A DNA stretch of 64,000 bases, from positions 6,368,001 through 6,432,000 of the forward strand of contig OY762007.1 of NCBI GenBank assembly GCA_963665115.1. The letters run 5' to 3'. This DNA is from an uncultured Rivularia sp. (GTDB lineage: Bacteria; Cyanobacteriota; Cyanobacteriia; Cyanobacteriales; Nostocaceae). Every line of letters starts with the position of its first letter. Position 1 is the stretch's first letter. Both the position numbers and the translations under genes were made by a program. The notes below the pieces were generated by a model. That model was not told the origin of the DNA. It worked only from the letters and a program-made list of their open reading frames with translations, and did not search any database. Positions 63,801 through 64,000 of this stretch are shown piece by piece.

Positions 63801-64000
63801 GGTTGCTTATATTGTTTCTTCTCATCCCATAGTTAACAACCAAATTCGTGAATTTTTACAGCAAATACTTCCCGATTATATGATTCCATCATTTTTTGTG
63901 GAATTGGAAAGTTTACCTTTAACAAATAATGGTAAAGTTGACCGGAAAAATTTACCCGTACCAGATTTATCTGAGCGAGAAAATGAAAATAATACTCCAC
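60808..64000 (+). CDS. NRPS (partial, runs off window): docking helix, C domain, A domain predicted to activate Asn
   Basis: Not in the ORF track because it has no stop in the window. MDDLRKRIAALPPEKRALFE, LPLSFAQQRLWFL, HHLIADGWS, YTSGSTGNPKG, GFDATITS, NEYGPTETVVGC, YKTGDL, NGKVDRK. Specificity code read by eye as DATKIGEVGK. Confidence 0.9.
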   Translation, partial: MDDLRKRIAALPPEKRALFERQLREKGLQLDRATICKRDNLKELPLSFAQQRLWFLHQLEADTTAYNIAFSWRFTGNLDIALLQSCLNTIVQRHEILRTAFVAVNGQPNQVIIPELLLALPIIDLRTVPELTRQIEVEKLTKQEARYPFNLTEAPLIRVKILQITDNENILLLTLHHLIADGWSRGVILRELTALYKGSTLPELPIQYVDFAVYQQQWLQGEELAVQTAYWKQQLNNLSILELPTDNPRKPVQTFRSATESVLISEEILHSLKDLSRKQSVTLFMSALAAFKVLLHRYTSQDDIAIGSPIANRNWTEVEPLIGFFVNTLVLRTDVSANPTFLEFLQRVKDVAAGAFKHQDLPFAKLVEEIQPQRSLSHNPLFGIMFQVQNEAYQLQNALNPELAIPGLSLEQMWSDSGSTKFDMTWHLVERNEGLLAVVEYSTDLFNQDTIARMLGHFQVLLKGIIDNPNQHLSELPILTEIEHQQLLVEWNNTYTKYPLEQGIHQLFEKQVEKTPDNIAVELKNLTPQPPSLQGNGENLKPLSCKERGFSDTVLTYQELNNKANQLAHYLRKQGVKPDMLVGICVERNPLMLVGLLGILKAGGAYVPIDAKLPSSRIALMLADSQVSILITQEKILAQLPANSAQTICIDSEWETISQLSINNPLNQTVAENLAYVIYTSGSTGNPKGTLLTHQGLTNYLSWAIEAYNLAQGNGSPVQSSIGFDATITSLYAPLMVGKTVTLIPEEQEIEALSNLLNSESNSNNDFSLVKLTPAHLKVLSQLETSPPSPLLNKERGVRQDGVRLNPTRAFIIGGEALLENHLEFWRENFPNTRLINEYGPTETVVGCCIYDASNKPSSSTVPIGKAIANVQLYVLDKYLQPVPIGIPGELYIGGVGVARGYLNKPELIAEKFIPNPFKEQLPITNYQLPITKLYKTGDLVRYLPDGNLEYLGRLDNQVKIRGFRIELEEIEAVLNQHPQIEFNCVIPYVDNSGNQRLVAYIVSSHPIVNNQIREFLQQILPDYMIPSFFVELESLPLTNNGKVDRKNLPVPDLSERENENNTP

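Overview
AT-rich window from a cyanobacterium, probably a filamentous Nostocales/Rivulariaceae-type genome: about 20 HIP1 GCGATCGC octamers, STRR-type heptamer repeats and many small dispersed repeats. Left half (1-27.7 kb, minus strand): a tandem array of at least 8 paralogous, very acidic, modular proteins without signal peptides. They combine ~130-aa Calx-beta-like modules, PPC/DVUA0089-like domains and single cargo domains (a histidine phosphatase, a cadherin-like domain, an (EP)~75 rod). All seven genes whose 3' ends are visible end in a near-identical ~125-aa RTX-like tail (...DNFAF[G/A]). Five transcription units share a ~90-bp promoter cassette containing a Fur-family-like box. An Rpn-family gene with a likely intragenic start interrupts the array. 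Right half: an MFS exporter and an AMIN-domain TonB-dependent receptor (minus strand), divergent from a hybrid lipopeptide cluster: FAAL-ACAD-ACP, two fully reducing C-methylating PKS modules with dead AT domains, a hybrid-type KS-AT-KR-ACP, a luciferase-like monooxygenase, an alpha/beta-hydrolase-fold protein and an Asn-type NRPS running off the window. Fur-like boxes also lie in this half, which suggests one metal (iron)-limitation locus coupling a metallophore pathway to a secreted acidic protein array. About 30 small palindromic or tandem repeats sit in frame inside the PKS/NRPS genes. Eight long genes carry a single +1 homopolymer frameshift, most likely sequencing errors. All calls come from reading the sequence and motifs; no database searches were run.
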